Assembly: GCA_030704615.1 (NCBI GenBank)
Contig: CM060731.1
Coordinates: 35,898,001 to 35,962,000, forward strand
From: Takakia lepidozioides
Lineage: Eukaryota > Plantae > Bryophyta
Direction: 5' to 3'
Length of the DNA stretch: 64,000 bases
Of this stretch, positions 47,156 to 60,750 are shown one piece after another. A program made the position numbers and the translations under genes. How positions within the stretch are numbered: the stretch's first letter is position 1; every line of letters starts with the position of its first letter. The notes under the pieces are model-generated. The model searched no databases. It was not told the origin of the DNA and saw only the letters and a list, made by a program, of their open reading frames with translations.

Positions 47156-50100
47156 TTCAATGACTTTACAGCTGAATCATTGAAATCCAACCTTATTCCA
47201 TTCAACGTTTTAATCCATCAATTGAAAACTTGCAATACATTGGTTTATGGTACTACTATGCCGTAAGCATGGTATGGATGTTTACTTTTCATTTGTATAT
47301 TACCTTCTTGAATCATCTGTTTATGTCATACATCTATCAATTTATTAGTAACTTCATTCAATCGATCTTATCTTTATAATTTTCTGATGAAAAGTACGTC
47401 GTTCGACTTACCATTCGATGTTACATGAATGGGATTGTGCAACTTCACAAGTTAAATGACTCAATATTCCACGATATTATTATTATTATTACCTGAATTA
47501 ATTTTAATTATGTTATATATTAAGTTTTGTCCGCATTTAAGCCAAAAGTCTGGAATTACTTAAAATAGGGTTTCCCTCCGATAATTTTAATAAAATTCTC
47601 AAGGGTTACTTCCCTTTAACTATTTAAAAAAATGGTGGCATTGAAACAATTTGATGCAATTTGTAATGAAACATATAGCTGAAATACCACATCCGATCAC
47701 ATTTGTTGTAGCGATCGATCATATGCTCAATTTATCCAATATAGCCATATGTGAGGTAGAATTGAAGGCAATTTTCATCATTGCAGCTCTTACACTTTTG
47801 AATGGTTGCATTCACGAAGAAAATTTGATAGTAGATTGTGCTTTAAATTGCCACTTTTGTGTACATATTGCACTTTAGTTGCATAGATGGCTTCGCCATT
47901 GCGTATGGTGTCATTCTAGTGTTGTGTAAATATTGTGAGTTCTTTGCCCTCATGGATTGTGATACATTTTGTAGGTCGACTCAAGTTAGTGTAGCTGTAG
48001 ACAACGTTTTGCAAATAGGCCTTTTGATAGTTTAGGAGGACTTCCTCTACCAGCAATCGCGCCTCCAAGACCTGACGCTCCTCTCTCGCTGCAGTGTCCT
48101 CGATCCGACACAGTAGTTGAAGCTGTGAATACATGAAGTCCTTGAAAGCAAGGTGTGCACGTATGCCATCAAAATCCTTTTGATCCAGAATACTTGAAGC
48201 CTTGCTTCCGCCGAACTTCCTCAGAAGCTCATGGGCTTGTCTCAAGCTACATGGGTCTTGCATTTTCCCCATCGCCTCTTCAAAGAGATCCCACCCGCAC
48301 CAAAAAGGCCGGGCTTAGAGTTCAAACTCCTTTTAATAGAATACCAAGATAGTTATTTATGTCTTTATACGTCTTACATACATGTCATCGCATTCAAAAG
48401 ACCTCATCCAAGATGTAAGTCATAGTTATACCATAAACACTACAAAATCCAGCCCATTGAATGGTGTTTTGGATGTTCACCCTTATTGCCATGAGTAGAT
48501 TCTTTGTCTTCTTGAGTATCATTGTATCTTTCTTGTGAAGTACAAAAGTGTACTCATTCAAAAAAAAAATTTAGACCAATGCTAAATAAATGGTGGCAAA
48601 TGTCAATTGTACAAGAAGGCTCACCTAATTCTTGGTATCAATGCTCGTTTTGTGTATTCATTGTCACATATATAACATACCTTAGAGACATCAAATCACT
48701 TCAAGACTTCAGCATAAAGAGAGAACATATATATAATTTACTTCATATGGTATAAAAACACTTTTGCAAACCAAGTGTGATATAAAGAATTGAAGTTAGT
48801 AGTATGTGGGCTCCTTACTATTGACAAGTTATTCACAAAATACACATGAAATACAAAAACCAGTTTTAATGTTCATCGTTATTTCTTCTTGTCTTCTTGA
48901 GTGTCTTCTTGAATATCATTATATCTTTCCTTCTAAGTACAAAAGTGTACTCATTCAGCAAAAGTCGGTATGATAGAAAAACATTTTTGTAAAGTAGTAG
49001 ACCAACTATGTATAAAAGAAAGAAATGAAGTCACTAGTACACCAAAGTATAATCTTGTCATATACCTAATGATTCTATTGTTGCTGAAAATATGTTGAGA
49101 AGTGTTTGGTGCTTGATATTGGTTAGACACAGTCCACAACAACACAACATGATCAAAGATAACGATAACGATGATGATTACGCTTTACTTTGATGACTAC
49201 ACTGCTAATTGTGTTTGCTAGGAAAAAATATGCAAAAAGTACCAATCACTTAGATGGCAGCTCCACGTGTACGGACTCCAATTTAGTCACGACCACATCC
49301 ATATCAATACACGTACAATTTTCAAACACTTTAGTGAAAGCAATGCTAGTAGTTATTTGTATCTAAGTGCTAATAGTTATATGTATTTGTTTTGATTGTA
49401 GGTTCGCTGGTTTTGGGATCGGTCCTGACTGTCTCGGTCAGGGGTCGAGCAGAATGACTCCAGCTGAGCTCAAATTTGTGCAGGATTTGACATAGGATGT
49501 CAGAGCTTTTAAAGAATGCGCGTCGAGAATGGAGCTTGTTGGGGAGTTTTGGTGGGGCCAAGATGTCCAGCTTGTTGCTAGCAAATTAATGAAGTGGAGT
49601 TGCGGTCAGGGTTGTCCCTGCTGGGTTGTGGTGTACCTCTTTGCGTTGCTGTTGGTTTTTGCTTTTGGCCTCATTCCATTGCTTCAGCGTTGCGATGGAA
49701 AACGTTGCAATGGAGAGCCGCCTAATGCAGCAATTGGCGCAGGTTGAGCAAATGATGTACCATAAGATGCAGCAGCACGTTCAGGTGCAGAATAGGATTA
49801 GACAAGAGATCCAAGATCTCCAAGAAAATAGCAAACGCGCAGAAGGACAGATGGCCTAGCATGTGGCGCATCTATACACCATAGGCAAAACAAAAATACT
49901 AGCATTCAAATGACACATCAAATGAGGGTAAAATATATTATGAACTTTACTGAAAATTGTTCCAACTACGAAATGCACACGTAGAGACATTCTCCCTTGG
50001 AGGTTGTTTAGAGAGTCGAAAATTGCATTACAGTACTTCTGTTACACAATAGATTTTCGTCAACTTTGCAAGTATCTGTGGCTTTCTTTAATTTAGACTG

Positions 50101-51602
50101 TAGCTAAATGTTGAATTTTGAGTAGCCAATGTTCAGATTCTTACAAACCTATTAACCAAAATTGTTTTCATGCGTTGGTCAACCAATAATCCCTCAATCC
50201 TTGTTTTCAGCAATGTCGCTTGAGTGGATGAAGTCTACATTGGGTTTGTAGGAAGCTTAGAACTTTGGATACTACAATTGAGCCCAAAGGAATTGGGAAG
50301 GAATTAGAGGAGCCGTATGTTGTAATTCAAGGTTGGGGACGTCATCGTAGTCTATAGAAGACCTTCTCCAAAACTACCATGGGAAAAAATTGTGATGCAC
50401 TATTAGAGTCAATAAATGTGGGTGGGCTCTTCATTTACACGCTTCAATTCCTAATACACAGAAGAGAGGAAATTGTTATGATTGTATTGGTGATATCATG
50501 ATTGTATTGTCCCAGTCTCATTTGGTGGTAAAGGAAAATGACAGTCAGTAGATCATTGAATGTAATGTTGGTGGGTCAGTCGAGCTTTGTGTCTTACTAG
50601 AGAATCATCTACTTTGTACTTCACTTTGAAACTATTTGCAACCAATAGGCTATCATGCAGGTAAAAGTTTGGCTAGCATTCTGAGCTTTCTGAGGTTGGC
50701 AAAGCTCTTGTATTATTTTTATTTTTTCTTCATATGTTTTTAAATAAATTATTCAATATAAAATATATTTCACCGTATTATGGTACAATATTTTTAATCA
50801 AACATATCAGATTATACATGGTTTTTATTGACTCAAATGCCACTATTATTTTATTAGGTGATTGTTTCAACTAACTAAAATGACTCTTCAGGTTAGTGGT
50901 AGTAGTGAAAGTTCACTCTCGACTTAAATTGTATTGAAATAGACAGCTGAAAATATCATGTCATGTTGTAGCGATGGATCTTATGCTTCATCTATCCAAT
51001 AAAGCCATATGCAAGGTAGAGATGAAGGCCATTGTTTTTTTTTCTATTTGGGGAGTGTAGAGTTGAGCCAAAATGTTATAATGTAATAAAAGTTTTAAAT
51101 TTATTTTTGTGAACTAGATTATTTGATTTTCTGAGGATTTGAAACACAATCTGCTATCAAAATTATATTCATGATTGTAGCCATTTAAAAATTAAAAGTG
51201 CATGAACAATAAAATTTAAAAATGAAAAAATGAGCCTCATCAAAAAAAGCCTAAAGATATCTTGGTACAATGCGTGGTATTTACACATATCTATTTTTTC
51301 AAGATACATTTTTTCAAAATATCCATGAGTGACTCCTTAAATAGCCTCATCAAAAAAATGTATCGTGGAACAATGGATGCTATTTACGAGTATCTATTTG
51401 TTTGAGATACCTTCTTTCAAACTATTGTACCGGCTATAGTCGGTCATCCATAATATGATGATATGTTAGAGCGAATCATCCAAGTGTGTCGTCAACACGT
51501 CATAAATACGCAAGATTCAAAATATACACCAAATTTTCACTATGAACCTAATCTTGTACACAAACATACACACCGAAGGTTAGATGTAAGGCTAGATATT
51601 AA

Positions 51603-52824
51603 CCCTTAAGTGCCCAGACTCATTTTCACCCTCTCGTGGAAAAAGATGACCCTGGCCCACAAAAACATTTTTATTTGGAAATCTCTACGTCCCTGTAAAA
51701 TTGACCGTTGGAATGACTTCCCACCTACCCCACCTCCTGCCACAAAAAGTTTCATCAAATTCCAACTGCCAGATCAGAAGATTATAAAGTGTAGAGTGGG
51801 GACAAAAGAAACTCTTAGCTAAGAAATAGGTGCCAAAAAAGCAGTTTTTTGCTCGTATTTGGGCAGTTTTAATTTCTCTTTTTTTGAGAGTCTCAAGAAT
51901 GTTGTACCATACCTGATAACACACATCCTCATAATTTTTCAGTTTTTTCTGAAATGTTCTCAAGTGGGCTCCTTTGTAGTGACAAATTGTGGGGGTCAAA
52001 ATATGTCATTTTCTTTGGGCAGGCCAAAATATCTCTTCCTAAAATTATACAAACAAATTCAGCCGTTCAATTCCTAATCCCTCCGATTGAAGTGTCATGA
52101 ACAGCTATATGAGATCCCAAAAAACATTTGGGACCAATCGGTAATTTCCCTCACATCTTTAGGTTCCCTGCCCAAGACTTCAAATGACACACCTATGTTG
52201 TAGCCTGCAGGCCCTAGGATATTTGGAGCCATAGCCCATAAGGGCATGGGGTTTGGGAGCTCCTCTGGCTTACCCGGCCCTGCTTTCATGGGGGGCCACT
52301 CCACCCTCAACCCTCTCAAACCCCCGCCCTAGGTTTGGCCCACACCTCGTGGCGTTTTTCTCGAGCCCCAAGCTCTGCCGCCATCGCGGTTGCACTCCCT
52401 CCAACCCGCCTTGCATGGCGTTGGCCGGAGCTGCCATCGCCGTCTATTCAGGCTAGGGCCCAGGCCTGGAAATGCCCATACCTGCGCTGGGCGCCATGCC
52501 CCCTGCCGGGCAATCAAGGGGTTTGGGGGAGCGTGCCGCCCTAACCTTTATGGGGTATCTTTCATTCACCCTAACCTGACCGAGTTGCCATGCCAGCAAC
52601 TTGGGCAGGTTAGGGGGGCAAATTGGCCTCAAAAAGCTGAGTGTGCCCCCTTCCAATTGGTTCAGACCCATACTCCTTCAGGAATTGGCCAATGCTGTAT
52701 GAAGGGGGACCCGATTTTCTATCGATTGAGCCCAAAAAAGGCCCAATCAGCCTTAACCACATGAAGTTATGGCTGGTTAAGCAAACCCAACCGACCCAGA
52801 TTGGGTCGCTTGGGCACTTAAGGG
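51603..52824. mobile_element. piggyBac-like non-autonomous element
   Basis: TTAA (51599-51602) | CCCTTAAGTGCCCA ... TGGGCACTTAAGGG | TTAA (52825-52828): perfect 14-bp TIR with TTAA TSD. Related empty site at ~56495-56650. Confidence 0.85.
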
Positions 52825-54113
52825 TTAATGACGTTTCATCTAGCATCATCCATGTCCGATGGTGTTTGGTGATGATACATGTTTGTTTTTATCCAACTAA
52901 ACCTTAAATGACGATGCGACCCATTTCGGGTTGAAACCTTTTTCATCCACGACATAGGTTCCGTGCATGAAATCGGATGAAGGCAAGCCCTGAAGATAAA
53001 TTGTAGCCCTAACTGCGACCTGTCCGCTGTACTTTACAGACTCCCTAGCAAATAAATGCTCCACCATCACATAATTTTGGCATGCAAGCGGGTCCAGTAC
53101 AACGTCCGGGAAATAATTTGAGTTGAACCAGCCAGTAGCCGCTCATTCCCAACAGCAATCGGCTAAGTGGGTTGGGCAGTCTGTTGCTGCCCCTTAGTGG
53201 TAACTATACCCAGTCAATTTCCGAGATAAATTTCTTACAACCGGTAATATTCCTAATGATTTATTTTGTGTTCAGCTATAAATCCGGCCCTTATAAATAT
53301 CAACCGGTTGACAACACAAGTGTCAAATGCACAACAATAAGTAAAATAAACAAATAATAAATAAACACAACCAGTTTTAAGCAATTCAAACAAGTGAAGA
53401 ACATTGTATCCTTATAGAAGTTGGACCTGTCAATGCCCTCAAACCACATGGAGGCCAAGAATTGAACCCGCGTGGACAGGTGAGCTATGATAGCAGGCAG
53501 CGAGTGCAAGCAGGCGTGGGGCTGGGGCTGCAAGAGCAACGTCCAGACTTAGTAGGGTTTGACCGCGGGCCCACCCTCTTGAGTTCAATATTTTTTCACC
53601 TAAACGCCCTTCCTTGGATATAACCTGGCCTGGCACGTTGGATTTCTGCCATGTGGCGGACTTTGTTGGCCATTTTTGTTTTCTGTAATATAAGAAGGGC
53701 CAGAATCCGTCCAGGCCTTGCCAACTAAGGCAGATTTCCTGTCTGTAATGAAATGGAAAGGCAAATATCCTTCCTAAAAGTAGGGCACCCGGTTGATTTC
53801 CGCTTCGGCCATTTTTTCCGTCAGATCCATTTCCCGAGGTTTCATATTTCATTCGGAAATTTTGGAAATCGGTCAGCCTCTCCCCGTTGGTTGGTCCAGT
53901 AATTGCTTGGCGGGGAGGCTGCCAACAGCGTTGACCCATGTACGTGGCAGCTTGGACAGGTCAGTGGCCACGTGCCCCGCCACCATTTCTCAAAGTTAAA
54001 ACCTGCGTAGCCCACATTTTGTTCTTGAGAAATTTAGAAACCACAAGGACAAGTGCATTTGGGAATCTTAGCCATCTTAACATAAAGCAATTTTTACAAG
54101 TACAGTAGCTTGA

Positions 54114-54560
54114 AAGGAGCTCTGGGTCTTGATTTCACTATGAGATTGAAGAAGAAGAAGTGTTAATGTTATAGTTCTATTTTTGTTTACGTTCAGTTCT
54201 AAGATCTGCAATAGTTTATTTGTTTTATCTCCATCTGAATCTGCAGAATCAGCTTAGTTTTGCGTGAACTTTCACAATTCTATCAACCAATCTAGATCTC
54301 AGTGTCAAGGCATCTAAAAACTTTCTTTGGGCAACCAAAGGAGCTCTGGGTCTTGATTTCACTGTGAGATTGAAGAGGAAGAAGTGTTAATGTTATAGTT
54401 CTATTTTTGCTTACGTTCAGTTCGAAGATATGCAATAGTTTATTTGTTTTATCTCCATATGAATCTGCAGAATCAGCTTAGTTTTGCGTGAACTTTCACA
54501 ATTCTATCAACCAATCTAGATCTCAGTGTCAAGGCATCTAAAAACTTTCTTTGGGCAACC
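54114..54560. repeat. Near-perfect ~224-bp tandem duplication
   Basis: AAGGAGCTCTGGGTCTTGATTTCACT...CTTTGGGCAACC occurs twice back to back. Confidence 0.9.
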
Positions 54561-54579
54561 GTGTTATTGTGGATAGAGA

Positions 54580-55700
54580 GGAATTGAACAACAAGCAAAG
54601 GAGAGAGATCTTGGAATATTACAAGGCTGAAACTATTGAACAAGCTCAAATGACCAACAAGGCGTTGTCATTATGGGCAAGTCAAAAATTTGGCTAGACT
54701 ATGACTATCTCTCGTTTGCTGAAACGAAAGAGTGAATATATGATACTATAATAACCCTGCAGATAAGAGAGTCCAAAAAGCTTTGTGCCCTAAGATTGAG
54801 GAAACCACTTTTGCTTGTTCACAATAAATTTGTAGGAACGAAGTACTGCGACCCTTTCAGATGATTTGGTATGTGAAGCGGCCAAGAGATTTTATAGGCT
54901 CGATTGGAGAGAAGGGATGGCACGAAAGAGCTTTCATTTTCACACGGGTGGGTGGAAGGCTTCAAATGGAGATTTGACATCAAAAGGTACAAAAGGCATG
55001 GCGAACTAGCTTCTGCTTCCAATACAACAGAGGTGCAAGTACGCATGGACCAGATCAGGGATCTAAGAAAAAAGTATAATCCTACAAACATCTTCAACAT
55101 GGATGAGACTGGTTTATTCTACAGATTAGAACCAAATGTTACGCTTGCACTAAGCGTTTAGCTGGAAAAAAATAGCATAAAGAGAGAGGGCGACAGTGGC
55201 TCTTACCTATAATATGGACGGAAGCATCAAGTTGTCACATTTCATTATCAAGTTGCAACCTAGAGCTTTTTCCCACATGAATATTACTCAACCAAAAAGT
55301 CTAGGGATACTTTGGGCTGCAAACAAAAAAGCATGGATGATAATCCTTCCTTTTTCAAGAGCACTTTATTGTTCACTTTGAACGGAGGATGCCAGCATTG
55401 GGGAAAGAAAAATTTACTTCTTGTTGACAATTTTTCTGGTCATAAAATAGTCAATATTGAGCTATAGATTATGAGGCTTGAATTTCTTCCTCCCAATACG
55501 ACTAGCATTTTTCAACCCATGGATGTTGGGATCATTAATTCCTTTAAAGCCCAGTACAGGAAGCTTTTGATCAATCACAACTAGATCAAATGTTTGAATG
55601 TTGGCACGAATCCCGAAATTGATACCTATCAATCAGTATGGATGTTAGTTTGGAATGGTTGAAGTTGGGATCACACTAGTTATTATACTCTTCCAAATCT
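54580..55700 (+). pseudogene. pogo/Tigger (CENP-B-like HTH plus DDE_1) transposase pseudogene
   Basis: Motifs lie across frameshifted frames: FSHGWVEGFKWRF..HGE, IFNMDETGLFYR, TVALTYNMDGSIKL, NKKAWM, LLVDNFSGH, FLPPNTTSIFQPMDVGIINSFKAQYRK. Confidence 0.9.
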
Positions 55701-56946
55701 AAACGAAACTCCCGGTATTTCTATGAATGATGAAATTGAAGAGGTGGTTGGTCGAACAATTGGCTTTAATTTCTAAGCATGTTGCTTCGCTTCTGACTAT
55801 GGGGCTCACAAATTTGTTCACTACGAGGAAGAATACGATTTGAACACTCCATATGCACATACGGAAAAAGAGATATGGGAATTCGTTGATCCATATGTAA
55901 ACGTTGATGACGACGAAGATGAACCTATTTTAGATCGAGTGACATGAGTGACATTTCTAATTTTCAGGAAGCATTCAAAGTGATTAATATGTTTCTAGAA
56001 CAACAACCCTCGGTGGTTGAGACACTTTCTAATAGGGTTAGATCTCTAGAAAATAGTCTATCTACGTTGCAAATTGTCGACATGACACTATTGACAGTTA
56101 TTTTCAGTCGATTTGACATGTAACTCTGTACACACACACACAACCCCCCCCCCCCCGGGTAGTTATTTTTTCCACCCCTGTGTAACTCCTTATTTAATTT
56201 GATCAACAGGGCTTCTGTCCCTTTCCTTTTTTCTTTTAAAAAAAAAAACTTTGTAAATATAAATGTTATATTTTTTGAAAAATCATCCCAGCTAGTTTAC
56301 TGTTACATGGATAAATGTTAAGAAGAGTCTTGGTCGCCCTCTTTAATTGATAATAAGTTATTACTCTCTTATTGTTATTTTGTTTTTACTCCCAAGGCGT
56401 TACAATGTTGACTGTATAGTGTATTAACACAGAAACTCGTGTGAGAGTCTCTCATGTTAGTTCTAGAATGTTATCAGTGGGATGGCCGCTAGAGCCATTC
56501 ATCCAAGTGTGTGGTCAAAGCAATGCGGAAGATTCAAAATAGACGTCGAAAATTCATTGTGACCTTGTGAACACACTTAAGGTTAATTATTAATGGTGTT
56601 TCATCTTGCATCATCCATGTCCAAAAGTGGTTGGTAATAATACATTATTGTTTTCATTCAACTTAGAAGCCATCATCATTAAACATTAATCATAATGTTT
56701 AATGTGTCTACCTCCAAGATCAAGTAAACAAAGCCCAAGCCTACAAAGACCTATTACTAACCCCCACTATAATACACTAATACATAGACTAATTTGAGAG
56801 TTTCTCATGTTAGTTCTAGAATGGTATGATGATAGTGAAATATATTTCATTATATAATATAATGCTTTAATTTAAACATATCACAGTGAAAGTTTTAAGT
56901 GACTCCAACGTCACTTTTAATTTATTAGGTGATTGTTTCAACTTAA

Positions 56947-57796
56947 CCCCTAAAGGACGACGTGACCCGAATCGGGTGGCGTCAGTTTTTTCCCACGCTC
57001 CAGTTTGATAGTGGATGATAGTGGATGGAAGTGAACCCTCAAGGTAAATTGTGGATGTCAGAGAGGAGCACATGTGGAAATTTACAGCGCCAAAAAATCA
57101 TAAAGGCTCTGCTCCCTAGAAATTTTCAAAGTGCCAAGGGGTCAGAAAATCCAGTGTTTCCCTTTCTGAAAAAATAAAAATAAAAATAAAAAATCCAGTG
57201 TTAGAGCACCATTGATCTGCCTACGTGGCAGCCAAATGGGCAATCTTCAAAATAACATCTAGGGCTGAAAATTTATGATAATCCCAAATTTTTTGGACAG
57301 GGCACTATGAAATGTTACATGGCACTTACTTACCAGAGGAATTGGAAAACAAATATCATCTCAAGGGTGTAATTGTGAAAGAAGCCAAAACAAGACAATT
57401 TGACCCCCCAGATTTCACATACAAAGCAGCCTATCTGCATTTTTGGAATTTTGGTCTGATTTTTGTGGGAGGCAGTGGTTTTGGTGCCATATAATCAGAT
57501 TATGGAGGGCCTTTGTCTAGGAAGATTCAACTCGATATTGTAATTTTATGGTCAAAAAAGTTTTTGCATGCAATTTTTGAATACATTTACAAATTGGGGC
57601 ATATTATTTTGTTATAATCTCCCAAATGCAAGGGTCAATTTGCCTACATTTTTTACAGGACGTGTACATAGTAGATATGCACATAAGTGTACGGTTCATC
57701 CCCCTGGATGATTGGGGATAAGAACTTACACCCCGTCCATAAGTGTATATACTCTTTTTTAGTGGGCCCACCAAAAGTTAGCTCGTCCTTTAAGGA
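56947..57796. mobile_element. Second piggyBac-like non-autonomous element
   Basis: TTAA (56943-56946) | CCCCTAAAGGACGA ... TCGTCCTTTAAGGA | TTAA (57797-57800): 12/14 TIR match. Related empty site at ~50856-50885. Confidence 0.78.
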
Positions 57797-57987
57797 TTAA
57801 CTAAAATGATTATTTAGTGATAGTTGTGAAAAAATTTCCACTCAAATTGTAGTGAAATATATAGTTGAAAATACCACATAAAGTTGTAGCGATCGATCAT
57901 AATATGCTCCATCTATCCAGTAAAGCAACATGCAAGGTTGTATTGAAGGCCATTTTCTCCATTCTTGCTCCTACACTTTCGAATGGT

Positions 57988-60598
57988 TGTGACATGGTTT
58001 TAGTCATGGTTATCTAGAATTACCTACTTCTAGTTAACTAGGATATTTTAGATATTTATATTTATATTTTGTGTGTTGGGACTTCATTTGGTCTCAGATG
58101 CCAAGTGAGGTGTCGAGCCTCACTTGGGACATGGGGATAGGTTTTCCTTTTGTGAGGCTGGAGGAGGCTCATCTTCTTGTAGTCGAGCCTCCATGAGCAT
58201 CTCTCATATCCATAGCTCTAGGTATTGAGAGGGAGTGTGGTGAGGGCTTTGTAGGGTGGATTCCCTTAGCAAGGGTGCCCTTGGCTTGACTTAGTTTATG
58301 TGATTGAATGGATTCATGAGTGGAGGATTTCCATTATGTTCACCTCCATTATCACTACAAGAAGATCACCTTATGCTTATGAGTTCGGAGTGTAAGCATA
58401 GTTTTGCACTTGTGTTGGTATATACCAAGGAATGAGAGAGCTAGGGAAAACTCAAGTATCTCACAAAGCTTGCAAGGTGTTGCAAATGAGAGTGTGTTTG
58501 CATTGCATCAAGGAGATGGAGAGCTCAAGGAGAAAGCTCTTGAGTTACAAGACTTTGCAAGTACTGCAGGGCGAAAGTCTTGTGTGTGTGGAAGTAAAAG
58601 GTTTGAAAGTTTGAGAAGAATGAGCGTCATCTCTTGTATCTCAAGTGTTGTAACAACCATTTGCCAAAGAAGTAGCTTCTATGGTGAAAAAAATGCATTG
58701 AGGGTTTGTAGAAGCATTATTGTGCACCAAGGGTTTGAGAGCTTGGAAAATACCTCTTGCATCACAAGAGAAGCGCCTTGTGTGTGGAGAAGATAGACAC
58801 TAGGGTTTCAAGAGCAAGCTCTAGTTGTTCATGGTGTGAAAGAGAAGCCAAAGAGCGGCACATGCTTGGGTTAGAAACACCATAGAAGGAGTACAACAAG
58901 GATAGCTTGAGGAGCATTGAGTACCTCAAGGGAAGCTAAGAAGTGGTTGTTTTATCCATGGTGAAATGAAGCCAAGTGGGTTTCATTTGGTTGACAAACA
59001 AGCAAGCCAAGGCGCTAGAAGGGAGTGCTTTTGCTAGTTTTATGAGTTCTTGGATTGCTCTTGGTGAAGCAAGTGGTTGACCAAGCAAGTGGCGCATGTG
59101 TGGAGCATGCTATCCAAGTGCGGCTTCCAACTTCAAGCTTGAGGAGAGCAAAAAGTGAAGGGAACAAGTTCATTCCTTTGGGTATGAGGTGATGCTTATG
59201 TGGAGCATGTTTTCAGCCCATTGAGGCTTCTATTTTCAAGCCTTGGAGAGCAAGAAGAAAGCCCACTTAGGTGAAGGAAAAGCACTTGTAAAGCACATGT
59301 TTGGGTTGGGGTTTCAACCTTAAGCTTGAGGAGAGCACGACTCTTGAGCTAGCAAGTGAAGGGACTTGAATCTTCCTCTTTGCATGAGATGGAGATGTAT
59401 TGATGCTTGGAGAAGCAACACATAGAAGCCAAGAATGGAGCATGTGTGTGGATGGCCAAAGAAGAGCACATGAATGAATGCAAGACTTGGCTTGTCAAAT
59501 GAGGTAAAAAACTTGATTCTTGAGCTCCAAAGAGAAGTGAAGCTTGTTGTGTGACAAATGCATTGCTAGGTGAGATGGAATCAAGCTTGGTTGTGGCTTG
59601 AGGTGAAGAAGATCAAGGTAGTTTGCCTTGGTGTCTCATAGAAGTCATGGATGCTTGAGGAGAGCAAGCATGAAGCTCAAGGAAGCCCAAACCCTAGCTT
59701 GGGATGCACAAACCCTAGCATGAGATACACATATAACCCTAGGTTCATGGGAACAGTCATCAAAGTGTAGGAACGGTCACTATAGGCTGGGAACATAGTG
59801 ACATATAAAGACAATATAGGGCTTTTGGAGGATTCTTGGGAAGGCTGTTTGGAGGGTTGTTTGGGGTCCTTGGAGGCCGATATTTGGCGAGCTTGAGGAG
59901 TCTTTGGCGACTTGTTGAAGGACTATTTTGGGGTCCTTGAGGGCCAAGATTTGGCAGGCTCTTGGGGCTTTTGTGTACTGTTTGGAGTACCATTGTCCAA
60001 GCTTTGGGAGTCTTTAGTGAGATTGTTTGAGAGACATCTTGAGGGCTCTTAGAGAGTTATTTGAGAGATCATTGAAAGGTCTTGTCTAGTGCTTAAGCAA
60101 GAGAGTGTGGAGATAGGGTAGTGGGATGAGAGCATGTTGTGATAGGAATTGCTTTAGTCTCTCTTCCTTGTAGTCTTCCACCCTCTCTGTAGGCCAAAAC
60201 CTTTCCGTAGGAGGAGGCAATAGTCAGTCCAAGGTTGGGCTAAGGTGTCTTGCAGGAGCAACATTGTGGAGTGTTTTTGGTGTGGGGGAGTTACTGTTTT
60301 GATTTTCTTGTGCTTGGATCCCCTCCACACCTGCATGCTTGACTGTGCGCCATGTTAGTTTGGTGTGGGCGCTTGTTTTCATAGGTGGTTGGTCCGGATT
60401 TGATCACCAGTAATCCTAGAGCGTGCTGTCGGTGATGATGCTGGGGTGATGACCAGTCAGACCATCATTGTTCGCTTATGGTGAAGCTAGGTTGATGACC
60501 AGCAGACCATAGGAGTGCTTGCGGTGATGCAGGTGCAGGTGCACGTACAGGTCTACGTTAGAAAACTATTATTCCTGTTTGAACCAGTAGCCGCAACA
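57988..60598 (+). mobile_element. LTR / 5' region of a second Ty3-like element
   Basis: Begins TGTGACATGG exactly where homology to the dispersed repeat (cf. ~47805) breaks. It shares patches with the 37973-38620 LTR (GGTGCCC.TGGCT.GACT) and with 35600-35980. The 3' boundary is uncertain. Confidence 0.5.
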
Positions 60599-60750
60599 GA
60601 TTCTCTACCTGATTACCTTGTAGAAAGTGGGGATTAGAGACAGGTTGACAACCGGTTGGGTCGTGAGTTTTCATCACAGAGGTGCCACCAGTTGCTGAGG
60701 GGAGTGCCGGTACGCGCACCAGCGATACTAGTGGGTACACAAGATGAGGT

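Noticed and set aside
47700-47880. PrimPol/UL52-like zinc finger (IYYQ..IQKCKSCNDENC) on the minus strand
   Set aside because: The later cysteines are not conserved in the paralogous copy at ~57900-57987, and a different frame is better conserved.
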